In this document: one piece after another, positions 43,919 to 44,002 of the stretch
Layout: each line of letters opens with the position of its first letter
How positions within the stretch are numbered: position 1 is the stretch's first letter
Virus record (IMG/VR): IMGVR_UViG_3300011439_000027
Location: 1 to 44,002 of that record
Source of the DNA: a virus
Taxonomy: Duplodnaviria > Caudoviricetes
Direction: 5' to 3' (one strand)
DNA length: 44,002 nt
Made by a program: the position numbers and the translations under genes
The notes under the pieces: model-generated
What the model was told of the DNA's origin: nothing
The model's input: the letters and a program-made list of their open reading frames with translations, nothing else
The model's database searches: none

Positions 43919-44002
43919 AGTTACAACTCCTTTCGGCCTAGTTTAGAGGGGCTCCAGAAGCCGAAATTTTGAGCCAAAAAGGCCCCCGGAGCAAAATTTT
44001 AG

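Noticed and set aside
1-44002. tRNA genes, integrase/attP, terminal repeats
   Set aside because: No cloverleaf with T-loop consensus, no recombinase motifs, and the two ends do not match by eye

Overview
Near-complete or complete ~44 kb genome of a siphovirus, probably infecting an actinobacterium. All credible genes lie on the - strand, and I found no integrase, repressor or tRNA, so it is probably lytic. Gene content and order recall, from memory and not from a search, the Lactococcus 1706 / Rhodococcus ReqiPepy6 / Arthrobacter AM-AU-AW / Streptomyces BI type phages. Reading right to left: packaging genes and endolysin, TerL, portal, protease-capsid fusion, tail module, holins, conserved membrane-associated genes, a 1252-aa helicase-primase-PolB fusion, SSB, an array of promoter-gene-terminator cassettes, SF2 helicase, a probable origin, nucleases and an 895-aa protein. 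The best candidate for a poorly described system has four parts. (1) The 895-aa protein carries the full ordered motif set of single-chain two-barrel (YonO/QDE-1/RDR-like) RNA polymerases plus built-in HTH domains. (2) A fixed-spacing non-canonical promoter motif occurs 16 times. (3) Three of these promoters appear to drive short structured RNAs that lack convincing ORFs. (4) An LxH(F/Y)G tag is shared by the polymerase, a 2H phosphoesterase and head proteins, suggesting protease-processed virion cargo. All calls come from reading motifs by eye; no database searches were run.
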